Shown one piece after another: positions 33,447 through 42,807 of a stretch of 64,000 nt of DNA. The stretch covers positions 32,001-96,000 of IMG/VR virus record IMGVR_UViG_3300036715_001865. One strand, 5' to 3'. The stretch is from a virus. Positions within the stretch are counted from its first letter, which is position 1, and the number at the start of each line of letters is the position of its first letter. The notes beneath the pieces were generated by a model. The model worked only from the letters and a program-made list of their open reading frames with translations, was not told the DNA's origin and made no database searches. The position numbers and the translations under genes are program-made.

Positions 33447-36266
33447 TTATGGGATATAAGAGAATCCTTGTTTCATTTGAATAGTTAATGTATTGTCAAA
33501 TATATGACGAGCTTCTTCTCTGTGTGATATGATATATGTTGATAGTTCTTCTTCCTTAGCTCTACGCTTAATTACCTTTGCAGCCGCCTGAATTCCAACA
33601 GCATCTAAACCAACATCTAATACCTCATCTAACATCCAAATATTTACTTTGGTGTGTAATCGTTGTAAAACATCACTAAATGATAAGGACAGTGCTAGAT
33701 TAACTCGAGCCTTTTGTCCAGCTGATAAATTACCAAAATCTAAGGTATTACCAAATTGAGATATATTAGCAGTCATTTCATGTGTAAATTCAACCGTATG
33801 TCGCAATAGCATCTCTGACAAATAGTATTGCAGTCTAGTATTGAGATAAGGAATGTACTTGTTTAAAAGCATTTTCCTTACAAAACTATCCCGTTTTGTC
33901 AATAACTTCAATAACAGTTTTTGGTGCTCTACTTCTTTTGTTAAAATATTTACCTCTGAAAAATCAATTGAGTCTAGCTTGATGTTAATTAATTCATCTA
34001 ATGCCTCGGTGTGAGGGTTGGTACTAGACAATAACGTATCAATATTAGCCTCTATAGCACTACTTTGGTTTTGTATCTTCAACAAGTCTTTAATATTTGG
34101 TGAAGTAAGTTGTGGCTTTAGGTTGTTTTGAATATTTTCAAGAGCTTCAATGGCTGAGTCCACTTCTGAAAGTTCAATCAACAACTGTTCGTTTGTGTTG
34201 GTTAGTGTACTTACAGAGGATGAAAGCTCATTCAATTTAGTTTCCACATCATTATAATCCTGTAAACAATATGGACATTTATGGGATTGAAGCTGTTCAA
34301 GCTCCTTTGTGTATTTTGTTATTTGTGCTTTATTTGATTTAATGGAGTTTTCCAGTTTATCAAATTGGCCAATATCTACCACCAATTGAAGATTAACTTC
34401 TGTTAATTTATCATGGATTTCCTGTTGTTTTTCTAAATCAACACCCTTTATTTTTGATAATTGGGCTTGTAGTTCCGTTATCTTATTTTTGGTTGTATCT
34501 TCCCAATTAGAGATTCTTGTTTTGGTGTTTGTGATTTGGGAATTGTGTCTAATATGCTCTTGTTGGATTAAATCCAGTCTTGTTTTTTTGATTTTTAGAC
34601 TATTCTCAGTGTCCTTAATAAGCTCCTTCAATGCAACAGCTTTATCAGCTAATACAGTTAATCCCACCAGTCGTTCAAACATACCAGCTTGTTCCGCTTT
34701 TGGCAAATCTAAGAATGGATTCAAAGTCGCACTAAACACAACAATACGCACGAATAAGTCATATGATATCCCAATAACTTCTTCGATATACTTATTTGTA
34801 TTTGTAACACTATCTAATGTTTTATCTTCACCATTGATATAAAAATACACATTATTCCCATTTTTTGATTTCCGTTCTCGCTTAATTAAGTACACATCAT
34901 CTCCAATATCAAATTCAACAGATACTTCCATGTTTTTGTTGTTTATATTGTTGACCAATTTATCCTTGGAAATGTTTGAAACAGGTTTGTCAAATAAAGT
35001 GTACACCAATGCATTCAGTATTGTTGTATTGTGAGTAACAATAAAATCATCAGTAATATATAAATGTTCAGGGCTATCAATCATGATACACTGAGTTTCT
35101 TTTTCTCCTAAATATTCAACCATATCAATTCTCAACCCCGAGTTAGCATATTGGGTATGGCCAATAGATAGCTTTTCTAATTTTCTAGGTAATGTAAACA
35201 ATATATGAGGATTAGGTACTTGTATACTTACCTCATATGATAGTTGACCTTCGACTCGTTCAGAGTTTTGATTTTTATAGAACGGCAATCGTTTAGAAAT
35301 TTTTGCAGTTCCTCCGATACTCCTAATTAAATACTGAACATCTTGTGCTAATTGGTTACTAGAACTAGAAAAACTTATATTTTTCGTTTTTCCAACTGTT
35401 CCATCTGTATCCATAAGACCTTGCAATAATTCCAACTTTTGGTCGTAGTTGCTGTTTATCAAGTATTCAGTTGGAATAAACTTTGTGGATGACTTTGTGT
35501 GTAAAATACCCAATTGAGAAAGTTGCCGCCTAATAGATAATAAATTGTGTGACCCTTTTATATTATTAACAAGTATCCAATCATAATTAGGTGATTTTTT
35601 TCCATACTGCACTAAATGTTGTTTATGAGGTAGTAATAATGACTCGATCCTATCGATAGAGTGGGAATCTGCTGAAGTGAATAATATATATCCCCCACTC
35701 ATACAACCATCTCCCAATAAACTACCAAGTAGGTATGGGTGTATCATAAAATCACTTGGTGGTGTAGTTTTATCTGGTTGTATTTTTGGCACAAAAATAC
35801 TGTATCTGGGATTTTTGTTCTTCCACTCCTCTATTAATGGGATTATTTGTTTAGTGGTAAGGGTCCGAGTACCTCTCTTTCCACTCTGGTCCCACCTGTG
35901 AGAAAATACTTCCCACAAGTGATCTTCATCAGCTTCAGTAGTTCTGCCATCAGAAAATGTGATTTTGTATGTTGGTCTAATACCTTGTGGGTAAACTCCT
36001 ATTATGTTAGCTGTTTTACCATTTGGGGTACTGACTATATCTCCAACTTTACATTCCCCTATTGTTGTCCAACCAATTGGAGTTTTTACTTTACAGTGTA
36101 GTGGTTGAGCTTTACCAGTGCCATTGCCTCCCACACCTTCTGTAGTATCATCTAAATTTTCTCCCATTATTAATGTTGTGCCAACATTTGTAAATTCAAC
36201 CACAGTAGTGTTATTACCGTATGATAAAAAATTACGCATTGAAACAGTTTTAAAAGTAATATTCAT
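33447..36266 (-). CDS. gp46: Recombination ATPase subunit (gp46/Rad50/SbcC family) containing an intein
   Basis: 'MRNFLSYGN', Walker A GGNGTGK|T, coiled coil with CPYC hook, 'LSAGQKAR', 'LDEVLD', 'IISH'. Confidence 0.95.
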   Translation of the reverse strand: MNITFKTVSMRNFLSYGNNTTVVEFTNVGTTLIMGENLDDTTEGVGGNGTGKAQPLHCKVKTPIGWTTIGECKVGDIVSTPNGKTANIIGVYPQGIRPTYKITFSDGRTTEADEDHLWEVFSHRWDQSGKRGTRTLTTKQIIPLIEEWKNKNPRYSIFVPKIQPDKTTPPSDFMIHPYLLGSLLGDGCMSGGYILFTSADSHSIDRIESLLLPHKQHLVQYGKKSPNYDWILVNNIKGSHNLLSIRRQLSQLGILHTKSSTKFIPTEYLINSNYDQKLELLQGLMDTDGTVGKTKNISFSSSSNQLAQDVQYLIRSIGGTAKISKRLPFYKNQNSERVEGQLSYEVSIQVPNPHILFTLPRKLEKLSIGHTQYANSGLRIDMVEYLGEKETQCIMIDSPEHLYITDDFIVTHNTTILNALVYTLFDKPVSNISKDKLVNNINNKNMEVSVEFDIGDDVYLIKRERKSKNGNNVYFYINGEDKTLDSVTNTNKYIEEVIGISYDLFVRIVVFSATLNPFLDLPKAEQAGMFERLVGLTVLADKAVALKELIKDTENSLKIKKTRLDLIQQEHIRHNSQITNTKTRISNWEDTTKNKITELQAQLSKIKGVDLEKQQEIHDKLTEVNLQLVVDIGQFDKLENSIKSNKAQITKYTKELEQLQSHKCPYCLQDYNDVETKLNELSSSVSTLTNTNEQLLIELSEVDSAIEALENIQNNLKPQLTSPNIKDLLKIQNQSSAIEANIDTLLSSTNPHTEALDELINIKLDSIDFSEVNILTKEVEHQKLLLKLLTKRDSFVRKMLLNKYIPYLNTRLQYYLSEMLLRHTVEFTHEMTANISQFGNTLDFGNLSAGQKARVNLALSLSFSDVLQRLHTKVNIWMLDEVLDVGLDAVGIQAAAKVIKRRAKEEELSTYIISHREEARHIFDNTLTIQMKQGFSYIP
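35028..36110 (-). mobile_element. Class 3 intein (361 aa) with LAGLIDADG homing endonuclease
   Basis: Starts AQP after Walker A Lys52 and ends THN|T; block B 'EDHLW', block F 'TQCIMID'; LAGLIDADG motifs 'LLGSLLGDG' and 'LLQGLMDTDG'. Confidence 0.92.
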
Positions 36267-36269
36267 GTG

Positions 36270-37316
36270 TTATGCTAACCTCAAGTATTGTGCAATTAAT
36301 AATTCATTATCGATATGATCTGTGTCAATATCATTTAACATTTGTAACACTAATTCATCTATTGTGCGCAATGATGTATCAGATGTATCTATATCTGAAG
36401 CTTCTGTGTCAGTTATTGCTTCTGATACTTCACTTGACTCATCCATAGAACATTCTCGCAATTGATATTGGGTAGTTAATGTTTGTTTAAGAACAGAGCT
36501 TTCTTCGAAATTAATAGGAACATCAACCAAGCACTTAACTCTGGAATTTGGGTAAATTGACACATTTCCATCCAACACATCTGATAGTTTAACTTTAGTA
36601 TATTTTGGACAATCTTCCCAATTAACAAATGTTTTTTGTTGGGATGTGTGGTTATATACCATTAACCCTCTATCATTATCATCAGCATCACTAAAATTAG
36701 TTGGAAAAGCATTGCCGATGTATACAGTGTTGTTTGTTTGTTGTCGTTTGTGAAAATGTCCTGAAAATATATATGTTGGACCAGTAAAGAGAGTGTGGTC
36801 AGGTCCATTTGTCATAATAACATTATGACCAGTAATAACAAATCCTTTAAATTCAAAATGCCCCCACCAAGTAGCAACATTATCGTATTGTACCAGAGTA
36901 TCATATTCGTGGTGGAATAAATATGGGCAAATTAGTGGTGATGTTTCAATATCATCCACAATTGTTGGTTCAGTGATCATTCTAAAATTTGAAAATTCGT
37001 GAAAAGTAATAGTAGAGTATAGATCACGGTTGTGCCTGTGATATAAATCATGATTACCAATAACAAAAAATATTGGAATCCCAAGGTCATTTAACTTCTT
37101 TGCGCATCGGTGTGAATAATTTAATGTAGACACATTAACGGCAGCTCTGTTTTCATACCAGTCTCCCATAAAGATAACATTATCAGCTTTGTGTTTTATA
37201 GCTTGCAAGCAGAACCAATCAATATAATCAAGACAGTCCTGATTGTGAAGTTCGCTGTTGGATTTTGCACCTACATGTAAATCTGTAAATGCAATAGTGG
37301 TTGTAAGTTTTTTCAT
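36270..37316 (-). CDS. gp47: Recombination nuclease subunit (gp47/Mre11/SbcD family)
   Basis: Metallophosphoesterase motifs DLHVG, GDWY, GNHD, GHFE, SGHFH. Confidence 0.95.
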   Translation of the reverse strand: MKKLTTTIAFTDLHVGAKSNSELHNQDCLDYIDWFCLQAIKHKADNVIFMGDWYENRAAVNVSTLNYSHRCAKKLNDLGIPIFFVIGNHDLYHRHNRDLYSTITFHEFSNFRMITEPTIVDDIETSPLICPYLFHHEYDTLVQYDNVATWWGHFEFKGFVITGHNVIMTNGPDHTLFTGPTYIFSGHFHKRQQTNNTVYIGNAFPTNFSDADDNDRGLMVYNHTSQQKTFVNWEDCPKYTKVKLSDVLDGNVSIYPNSRVKCLVDVPINFEESSVLKQTLTTQYQLRECSMDESSEVSEAITDTEASDIDTSDTSLRTIDELVLQMLNDIDTDHIDNELLIAQYLRLA

Positions 37317-37410
37317 GTATATAATCCCTTATGTGTGATAATTAATGATATTAATCATACTATTATCACACATATCATTAAATTATACAACGATATAACA
37401 AGGTTTGATT

Positions 37411-37995
37411 TTATTTTAGGATAGGTTGATACTCTTCAACCTCTATTTCATCCAATTCTTCTAACTCTTCTAATTCTTCTATGACACTAATGTCAAATTC
37501 ATCAACAAAAGAATCTTGTTGTAACTGTTGTTGTAATTCAATAGCAGTTTCTCTGTAGTGGTAATAATCTTGTTCATCTTCTACAAAATGTTGATCAGAA
37601 GCATCTTCAGTGAAACCAAATGAAGGATTCATTCCTTGTTTAACCAATAATAAATCTCTCACAATTCTTTGTCTTTTTTCTTTGTTGAGGTATTGAATAA
37701 ATGAATTTTTAATGCATTGGGTAAAAAAAGCAAATGGATTATTGCTCTTGTTTGGATCGAAACTGTTCCAAGTACGTACTAGCATCATCATGGCGTAGGC
37801 TTGCATGTCGGAATTGTAAGTATAGTTGACAAAGTTTCCTTTTGCAGCATATTTCGCGCATAACAATTGTATCATACGAGCCAGTTTATCATTCATTTTA
37901 CCTTGAGCTTTTGATTCCCCAATAGCTATTAATAGTTCTTTGTTGTTTAAATATTGGATTTTTGGTGGGAGACTTGGAGTGGGTTCAGTGGACAT
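37411..37995 (-). CDS. gp55: Late-transcription sigma factor
   Basis: 'YLNNKELL', 'NFVNYTY..DM', 'FDPNKSNNPFAFFTQCIKNSFIQYL.KEK'; gene order 55-47-46. Confidence 0.92.
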   Translation of the reverse strand: MSTEPTPSLPPKIQYLNNKELLIAIGESKAQGKMNDKLARMIQLLCAKYAAKGNFVNYTYNSDMQAYAMMMLVRTWNSFDPNKSNNPFAFFTQCIKNSFIQYLNKEKRQRIVRDLLLVKQGMNPSFGFTEDASDQHFVEDEQDYYHYRETAIELQQQLQQDSFVDEFDISVIEELEELEELDEIEVEEYQPILK

Positions 37996-38024
37996 ATAAT
38001 ACCTATTATAATATGGGTGATGGC

Positions 38025-38053
38025 ATGGTACTATATTTTACAACATAAGTCAA
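38025..38053 (-). promoter_or_regulatory. sigma70-type promoter for the gp55 operon
   Basis: TTGACT(38053-38048)-N17-TACCAT(38030-38025). Confidence 0.6.
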
Positions 38054-38075
38054 CATTTATACCTGGTACGTGTTG

Positions 38076-38083
38076 TATAAATA
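38076..38083 (+). promoter_or_regulatory. Late promoter TATAAATA (baseplate cluster)
   Basis: Exact consensus; further exact copies at 38948, 42770, 45874, 46330 and 49878. Confidence 0.85.
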
Positions 38084-38112
38084 TCATATACGATAATTAA
38101 AAGGAAATAACT

Positions 38113-38934
38113 ATGAATATTCCAACTGTTCCATTGGATCCATCAATTCAAATGTTGGGTGAAATAGACGTAACAACACCTAGAGACCAAACAAGTATAA
38201 ACTTCAAAGTAAGACTTGTGTCCATTTTAGAAATGGTGCAAGGAGCTCCAGGAGATTTTAAGCAGGTAATATTTGAAGTAACTCCAACATTAACTGAATC
38301 AAGATCAGTTGATTATTCTGCAGTTCAACCAATACATATGCCTGGAGGGATTCAAGTGTATAAATTTTCAGGAAGTAGGTCGTTTGAATTAAATGCACAT
38401 TTAATTTCACGCAATACAGCCGATGCACTACAAAATATGCTATACCTTCAGACCTTACGTAGTTGGACTATGCCGTTTTTTGGAAATGCCACATCTGTTG
38501 GTGGTTCCAGTTCACCACAACAAGCAGCCTTACCAAAAGATTGGAGCACACCACTTATGACACCAGATCAGCAAATGAAATCAGGGATTGATCAAGTTAA
38601 GTCTGGATCTGCAGGTGGTGCAGGTACTATTAGTTTATTGGGAGCTCCGCCTGAAGTGTTGTATCTATATGGATACTCATCATCAAGTAATGACAACAGA
38701 CAATCAATGAAAGGTGTGAATATAAATCGGATACCAGTGGTATTAACAAATATCAACATATCTTACCCTGAAGATGTGGATTATCTTCCTGTAGAAATCT
38801 CTCCTACTGCAAATACAGAACCGTTCCCTGTAAAAATGGAAGTAACTCTATCCCTAGTAGAAACACATTCACCAACAGAATATGAACAATTTAGTTTAGA
38901 AAATTTTAAAAGTGGTAAATTAGTTAATTTCTAA
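38113..38934 (+). CDS. Baseplate tail-tube initiator/cap (gp48/gp54-like tube fold)
   Basis: 'F.VTPTLTESRSVDY', 'SRSFEL', 'GAPPEVLYL', 'IPVVLTNINISYPEDVDY'. Confidence 0.65.
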   Translation: MNIPTVPLDPSIQMLGEIDVTTPRDQTSINFKVRLVSILEMVQGAPGDFKQVIFEVTPTLTESRSVDYSAVQPIHMPGGIQVYKFSGSRSFELNAHLISRNTADALQNMLYLQTLRSWTMPFFGNATSVGGSSSPQQAALPKDWSTPLMTPDQQMKSGIDQVKSGSAGGAGTISLLGAPPEVLYLYGYSSSSNDNRQSMKGVNINRIPVVLTNINISYPEDVDYLPVEISPTANTEPFPVKMEVTLSLVETHSPTEYEQFSLENFKSGKLVNF

Positions 38935-38974
38935 TGTCCATCGTTGCTATAAATATACCAAAAAGGAAACTAAC

Positions 38975-39307
38975 ATGGCACAAAAATCAAATACACAACC
39001 AGGTGGTAGATATTTACAAGGTGGTATTACAGATGATAAGATTGATAGGTTGGGTTGGTGGGAACGCAAAGTATTCCCAACTTCTCATACAGACGTAAAA
39101 TTAACTCTAACTGCAAAATACAATCGCCGCCCTGATTTATTAGCGTATGACCTTTATGGTAAAGCTGGGTTGCAATGGTTCATTTTACAGTACAACACTA
39201 TTTCTGATATAACTACATTTGAGCAAAATTTAACTATAACCGTACCAACCAGAGCTAGGTTATTTAGTGAATTATTGACGAGTGCTCCAAGCAGTTCAAG
39301 AAACTAA
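38975..39307 (+). CDS. Baseplate wedge LysM-like protein (gp53-like)
   Basis: 'RPDLLAYDLYGKAGLQWFILQYN'. Confidence 0.7.
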   Translation: MAQKSNTQPGGRYLQGGITDDKIDRLGWWERKVFPTSHTDVKLTLTAKYNRRPDLLAYDLYGKAGLQWFILQYNTISDITTFEQNLTITVPTRARLFSELLTSAPSSSRN

Positions 39308-39341
39308 ATACACATATAATATAGATAAGGTAACAATATCC

Positions 39342-42300
39342 ATGTCCAGAAAAGCAAACCCATTAGCCAAATATAGATCATATAGTTATTATCATGTTCT
39401 AGCGTTATGTAATTCGTCAGATACTGCATCAGAATTAGCAGGTTCCACAGATTTGGACATGTGGCAAACTTCTAATGTTGGAGGTATATTATCTCCTAAA
39501 ACGATAACAACATCAAGTGGAGAAGGTCAGTATTATGTATTAATTAATGGTTCTACGGATGCAGCACTAACTATTACAAAAGCAAATTGGTCATCATTCA
39601 CTGCTGCATCTGCAACCATGAATGATAGGGGCACATCAATTGCACTTGAAGGTAGTATAACAGTTGCTGAGCCTAGGGGGATTGTATTCTTGGATCAAAT
39701 TGTAAGATGTTGTATATCGATGGGAATTGATAGTGCTAGTGCTTTTTGGGTGTTAAAAACTTTCTTTGTTGGATACACATTTGATATTGGAAGTGGAACA
39801 GATGGGGTTGATCACATAACTGATATTCCACCAGTTGTGTTTTTAACGTATGATGTTGTTGGATCGTTTGGTATTGCGGGGGGTGAATATGAACTTAATT
39901 TTTTTGCAGCAGCCAATAGTGCTGCAAGAATGCCACAATATAGTAAATCAGTTAAGGCTTTGAACTTTAAGGCTGAGGATAACTTTGAAAACACTCTTAA
40001 AAAATTACAGACTGAAGTAACCAACAACTATAAAAAATATTATGCTTGTGTTGAAGAAACTCTTAAAAAGACTCCAGGTACTGAAAAAATTGCAGAAGCA
40101 CTCAGAGAAGTAAAATATGTAATAACTTGTGGGGCTCCATATGCTGGAAATAGTTCATATATTGTATCTGACCAATTAGTACAATTAAAGGACCACCCTG
40201 AGTGTGATTCAAGTAGTAATTTGTCGTTTACGGCTGGGATAAGCATTGAAGATGCAATTCATCGAATAATGGCACATTGTCCACAAATAACCAGAGACGC
40301 GGCGACTGGAGAAGGTGGAAAAAAATATATTGCAAAGATACACTCATGGGTAACTTCAAGAGATATTGGTGGTGGAAAATTAGAATATGAAGTTGGATAT
40401 AGAGTGGATAGACAAGAAGACCCACATAGTATGTCATTCGAAGATGCAGGAAAGAATGTAGATAATATTATTGAATATGATTACATTTATACAGGGAAGA
40501 ATGTTGATATATTAGAATTTGATATCAAGATGAACATGGGTTTAGTTTACCTACAGGGTATGACAATATCAAATGCATACAAACAACCTGGCCAACAAGC
40601 TACAATAATGGGAACTCATCCATCCGTCCGAGATATACAAACTAGACAACAGAGCAAGAATATTCCAGTATACTTTGGGACTAATATTAAATCATCTTGG
40701 ATTAGAAACACCCAAGATACACAAACACAATCTCAGTTTGCTTATAGTATGGAAAAACATGCTTCTTTGGAATCAATTGAAGCTGTAGTTAAAATTACTG
40801 GTAATCCTGCATTGTTGGGGTCTATTAATCAAACTTCCGATCCTAAATTTGTATCTCAACAGATAGTACCTGTGATGCAGGATGATGGATATGCAAAATT
40901 TACCAATTGGACTACTGCCCCTGCTTTTGCCAAAATTAATATTAAAATGCCCCGAAACAATGACGATATGTCATTATTCACTGGTACTCAAACATCAACT
41001 GAGGACCCGTCCCAGTCAAATGATTATGCTGTTGATTTTTGGTTTACAGGACATTATTATATATTAGGCATTGATCATGTTTTTGATAATGGAGAATTTC
41101 ACCAAACATTGCAAGCTATTGGTATTCCAGCTAATAATGCATTTAGTGAGGAGAAAACCAATGATGCTGGAATGGATGTTGTATTAGATGCTCGAGTAGG
41201 GGAATGTTACGAAAATAAAATTGGATGTGGCACAACTTCATCTGGTGACGGAATGGCTAGTGGAACAAATGGACAAGTCCCAGAAGCTCATGAAAGTGTT
41301 AGCTCCCCAAACAACAAAATAGACACCTATAATTACGTCAGTGACAATAAAGATTTATCAAATATTGTAGGATACGATAAAGCACCTGATAGAGTAAAAG
41401 TTGCTATTCACAATGCAGCTCTTAATAATCCACCTATTCAGGAAAGTGATCTTGCACTAATGATTGCATATGAAAGTGGATTTAGATCAGATGTCGTTAA
41501 TAAGTACGGATATAAAGGATTAGGACAATTTGGCGATAGTACGTGGGCTCAGTTTGGTAGTGGAAATCCATTAGATCCAAATGCTAATGCTGATGCAACC
41601 GCTAAATATATGTTGCACAACAGAGCAGTATTCCAACGAGATGTATCCGCAAAAGAACCAAACGTTGTAGACTTATATACTATGCACCAACGTGGTACAA
41701 CTGGTGGAACTAAAATATTAAAAAATATTTACAGTGGGAATGGAGGTGGAAGTGCTGGGATCTCTGATAAATCCGCAAGAGCAAATAGATTACCTATAAA
41801 TCCGTCAAGTGATCAAGTATACCAATCATTCATTGGTTCATTGGGTAAACGCTTAAAGTCGGGAGCAGTGGTAACAAAACCAAGTGCTGGCCCTAGAAAA
41901 CCAGTGGAATCTTTACCAGATCCGTTAGGTGGTGGATTGGTATCTTTGCCTCTGGCCAAGCCGCTACTGGAAAAGAAACAAGATAGTACTATGGTATCAT
42001 CAATTTTAGAGGATTCAAAACTAGGACCATCAAATGTATCAGAAAGTACTCCTAAACGAGCACGCACAGCAAAAGAAGTAATGGCTGCATATGTTAGTTG
42101 TAAAGATGAAGAAAGAAAAACAAATGATCCATCTAAGACGGATAATTGCAATAAAACAGCTAATCAAGAAAACGGTGGAAGTAGTGGAGGTAATAGTGAT
42201 ACAGGACAAGGTGGAGGTGCAGGAGGTGCAGGCAATCATAGAAATGGTGGCAAATTATCTACAAACCAATCAGCAGAATACCAAAGTAAATTAAAAGCAT

Positions 42301-42761
42301 CTAATGGGAATTTGGTAGCTGAATCAAACCACGCAATTAATATATTAAGAGCCAATGGTAGAACAAAAGAAGAGGCAATTGCAATCGTTGCTAATATGCA
42401 TGGAGAGTCTACCATGAACCCAATGGCTGTTGGGGATGGAGGAAGGGCATATGGATTGATGCAGTGGCATCCGGACAGACAAGCTTTATATGCAAATCTG
42501 TATGGACATTCTATGAAAAGTGTTACAGACAAGAGCCAAGCTATGACAGAACAGGTACAATTTGCTAATTGGGAGTTGTCCAATAATGAAGCTCATGGGT
42601 GGCAACAAGCAACTTCAGGGGGAAGCGACTCATCTTCAATTGCTGGTGGATTTGCTAGATATGTTGAAAGACCAAAAGATAAGGCAGGAGCAGCGAGAAC
42701 CAGAGCTCAGATTGCAAAAGGTGTAGCAGGTTCATATGATCCAAACACATTTACAGGGTAA
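39342..42761 (+). CDS. Baseplate hub protein with SLT-like and phage-tail-lysozyme domains
   Basis: N-terminal hub-like region; 'MIAYESGF...GLGQF' and 'ANMHGESTMNP...AYGLMQW...R...EQVQF..WEL...VERP'. ATG 39342 preferred. Confidence 0.75.
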   Translation: MSRKANPLAKYRSYSYYHVLALCNSSDTASELAGSTDLDMWQTSNVGGILSPKTITTSSGEGQYYVLINGSTDAALTITKANWSSFTAASATMNDRGTSIALEGSITVAEPRGIVFLDQIVRCCISMGIDSASAFWVLKTFFVGYTFDIGSGTDGVDHITDIPPVVFLTYDVVGSFGIAGGEYELNFFAAANSAARMPQYSKSVKALNFKAEDNFENTLKKLQTEVTNNYKKYYACVEETLKKTPGTEKIAEALREVKYVITCGAPYAGNSSYIVSDQLVQLKDHPECDSSSNLSFTAGISIEDAIHRIMAHCPQITRDAATGEGGKKYIAKIHSWVTSRDIGGGKLEYEVGYRVDRQEDPHSMSFEDAGKNVDNIIEYDYIYTGKNVDILEFDIKMNMGLVYLQGMTISNAYKQPGQQATIMGTHPSVRDIQTRQQSKNIPVYFGTNIKSSWIRNTQDTQTQSQFAYSMEKHASLESIEAVVKITGNPALLGSINQTSDPKFVSQQIVPVMQDDGYAKFTNWTTAPAFAKINIKMPRNNDDMSLFTGTQTSTEDPSQSNDYAVDFWFTGHYYILGIDHVFDNGEFHQTLQAIGIPANNAFSEEKTNDAGMDVVLDARVGECYENKIGCGTTSSGDGMASGTNGQVPEAHESVSSPNNKIDTYNYVSDNKDLSNIVGYDKAPDRVKVAIHNAALNNPPIQESDLALMIAYESGFRSDVVNKYGYKGLGQFGDSTWAQFGSGNPLDPNANADATAKYMLHNRAVFQRDVSAKEPNVVDLYTMHQRGTTGGTKILKNIYSGNGGGSAGISDKSARANRLPINPSSDQVYQSFIGSLGKRLKSGAVVTKPSAGPRKPVESLPDPLGGGLVSLPLAKPLLEKKQDSTMVSSILEDSKLGPSNVSESTPKRARTAKEVMAAYVSCKDEERKTNDPSKTDNCNKTANQENGGSSGGNSDTGQGGGAGGAGNHRNGGKLSTNQSAEYQSKLKASNGNLVAESNHAINILRANGRTKEEAIAIVANMHGESTMNPMAVGDGGRAYGLMQWHPDRQALYANLYGHSMKSVTDKSQAMTEQVQFANWELSNNEAHGWQQATSGGSDSSSIAGGFARYVERPKDKAGAARTRAQIAKGVAGSYDPNTFTG

Positions 42762-42807
42762 TTGTGTCATATAAATACACCATAACCATATACATCAGGG
42801 TAAAATA

